64,000 bases of DNA from Hydrolagus colliei (Eukaryota): positions 109,306,001 to 109,370,000 of the forward strand of contig CM068743.1 in assembly GCA_035084275.1 (NCBI GenBank). Direction: 5' to 3'. Shown here piece by piece: positions 63,705-64,000 of the stretch. The notes beneath the pieces were generated by a model that saw only the letters and a list, made by a program, of their open reading frames with translations, made no database searches and was not told the DNA's origin. How positions within the stretch are numbered: the stretch's first letter is position 1; the number at the start of each line of letters is the position of its first letter. A program made the translations under genes and the position numbers.

Positions 63705-64000
63705 ACAAACAACAACTTGCACTTATATAGCACCCTGTCTCAGGGCACTTCACAGTGGCAGAGCCCAAGCAGGACAAGGGGATGGGGAAGGTGACCTTAT
63801 GCGCGATTGAAAAGAAAGGTCTTCAGGCATAACCTGAAGATGGGAAAGGAGCCGGTGAGGTGAAGGGGTCAACGGAGGGAGTTCAAAAGTTTCAGGGCAT
63901 AGTGGCTGAAAGAACGGCTGGGGATGGTGGAGCGGAGGATTCGGGGGACAAGGAGGAGGCCGGACCCAGCAGAGTGGAGGTAGCGGGTATTGCTATGAGG
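63705..64000 (-). mobile_element. L2 3' fragment running off the window end
   Basis: aacaacaacttgcacttatatagcaccc tail and body similar to 13733-14000. Confidence 0.8.

Overview
This is repeat-rich vertebrate genomic DNA, not prokaryotic. The repeat content (a tRNA/Deu-type SINE, L2 and CR1 LINEs, Penelope-like fold-backs) points to a cartilaginous fish, most plausibly a holocephalan (chimaera); this is an inference. The only host coding sequence I can support is the large terminal coding exon of ZNF407 on the minus strand (31003-32360), with a canonical splice acceptor and an approximately 1.2 kb 3'UTR. Everything to its right (more than 31 kb) appears to be the last intron, and everything to its left is downstream intergenic DNA. 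The rest consists of about 20 copies or fragments of one young tRNA-headed SINE, older Deu-domain and AmnSINE2-like SINEs, many 5'-truncated L2 and CR1 pieces (one 2.3 kb CR1 with a damaged RT), two clean TA-flanked Tigger/pogo-type MITEs, several fold-backs, an assembly gap, and repeat-free islands that look like conserved non-coding elements. I found no convincing novel multi-gene system. The best second-look items are a degenerate hammerhead-ribozyme core inside a Penelope-like hairpin, a tail-swapped chimeric SINE present twice, a composite inverted duplication at about 14 kb, unexplained long inverted repeats, and candidate enhancer islands. Repeat boundaries were placed by eye and are approximate unless termini are quoted.
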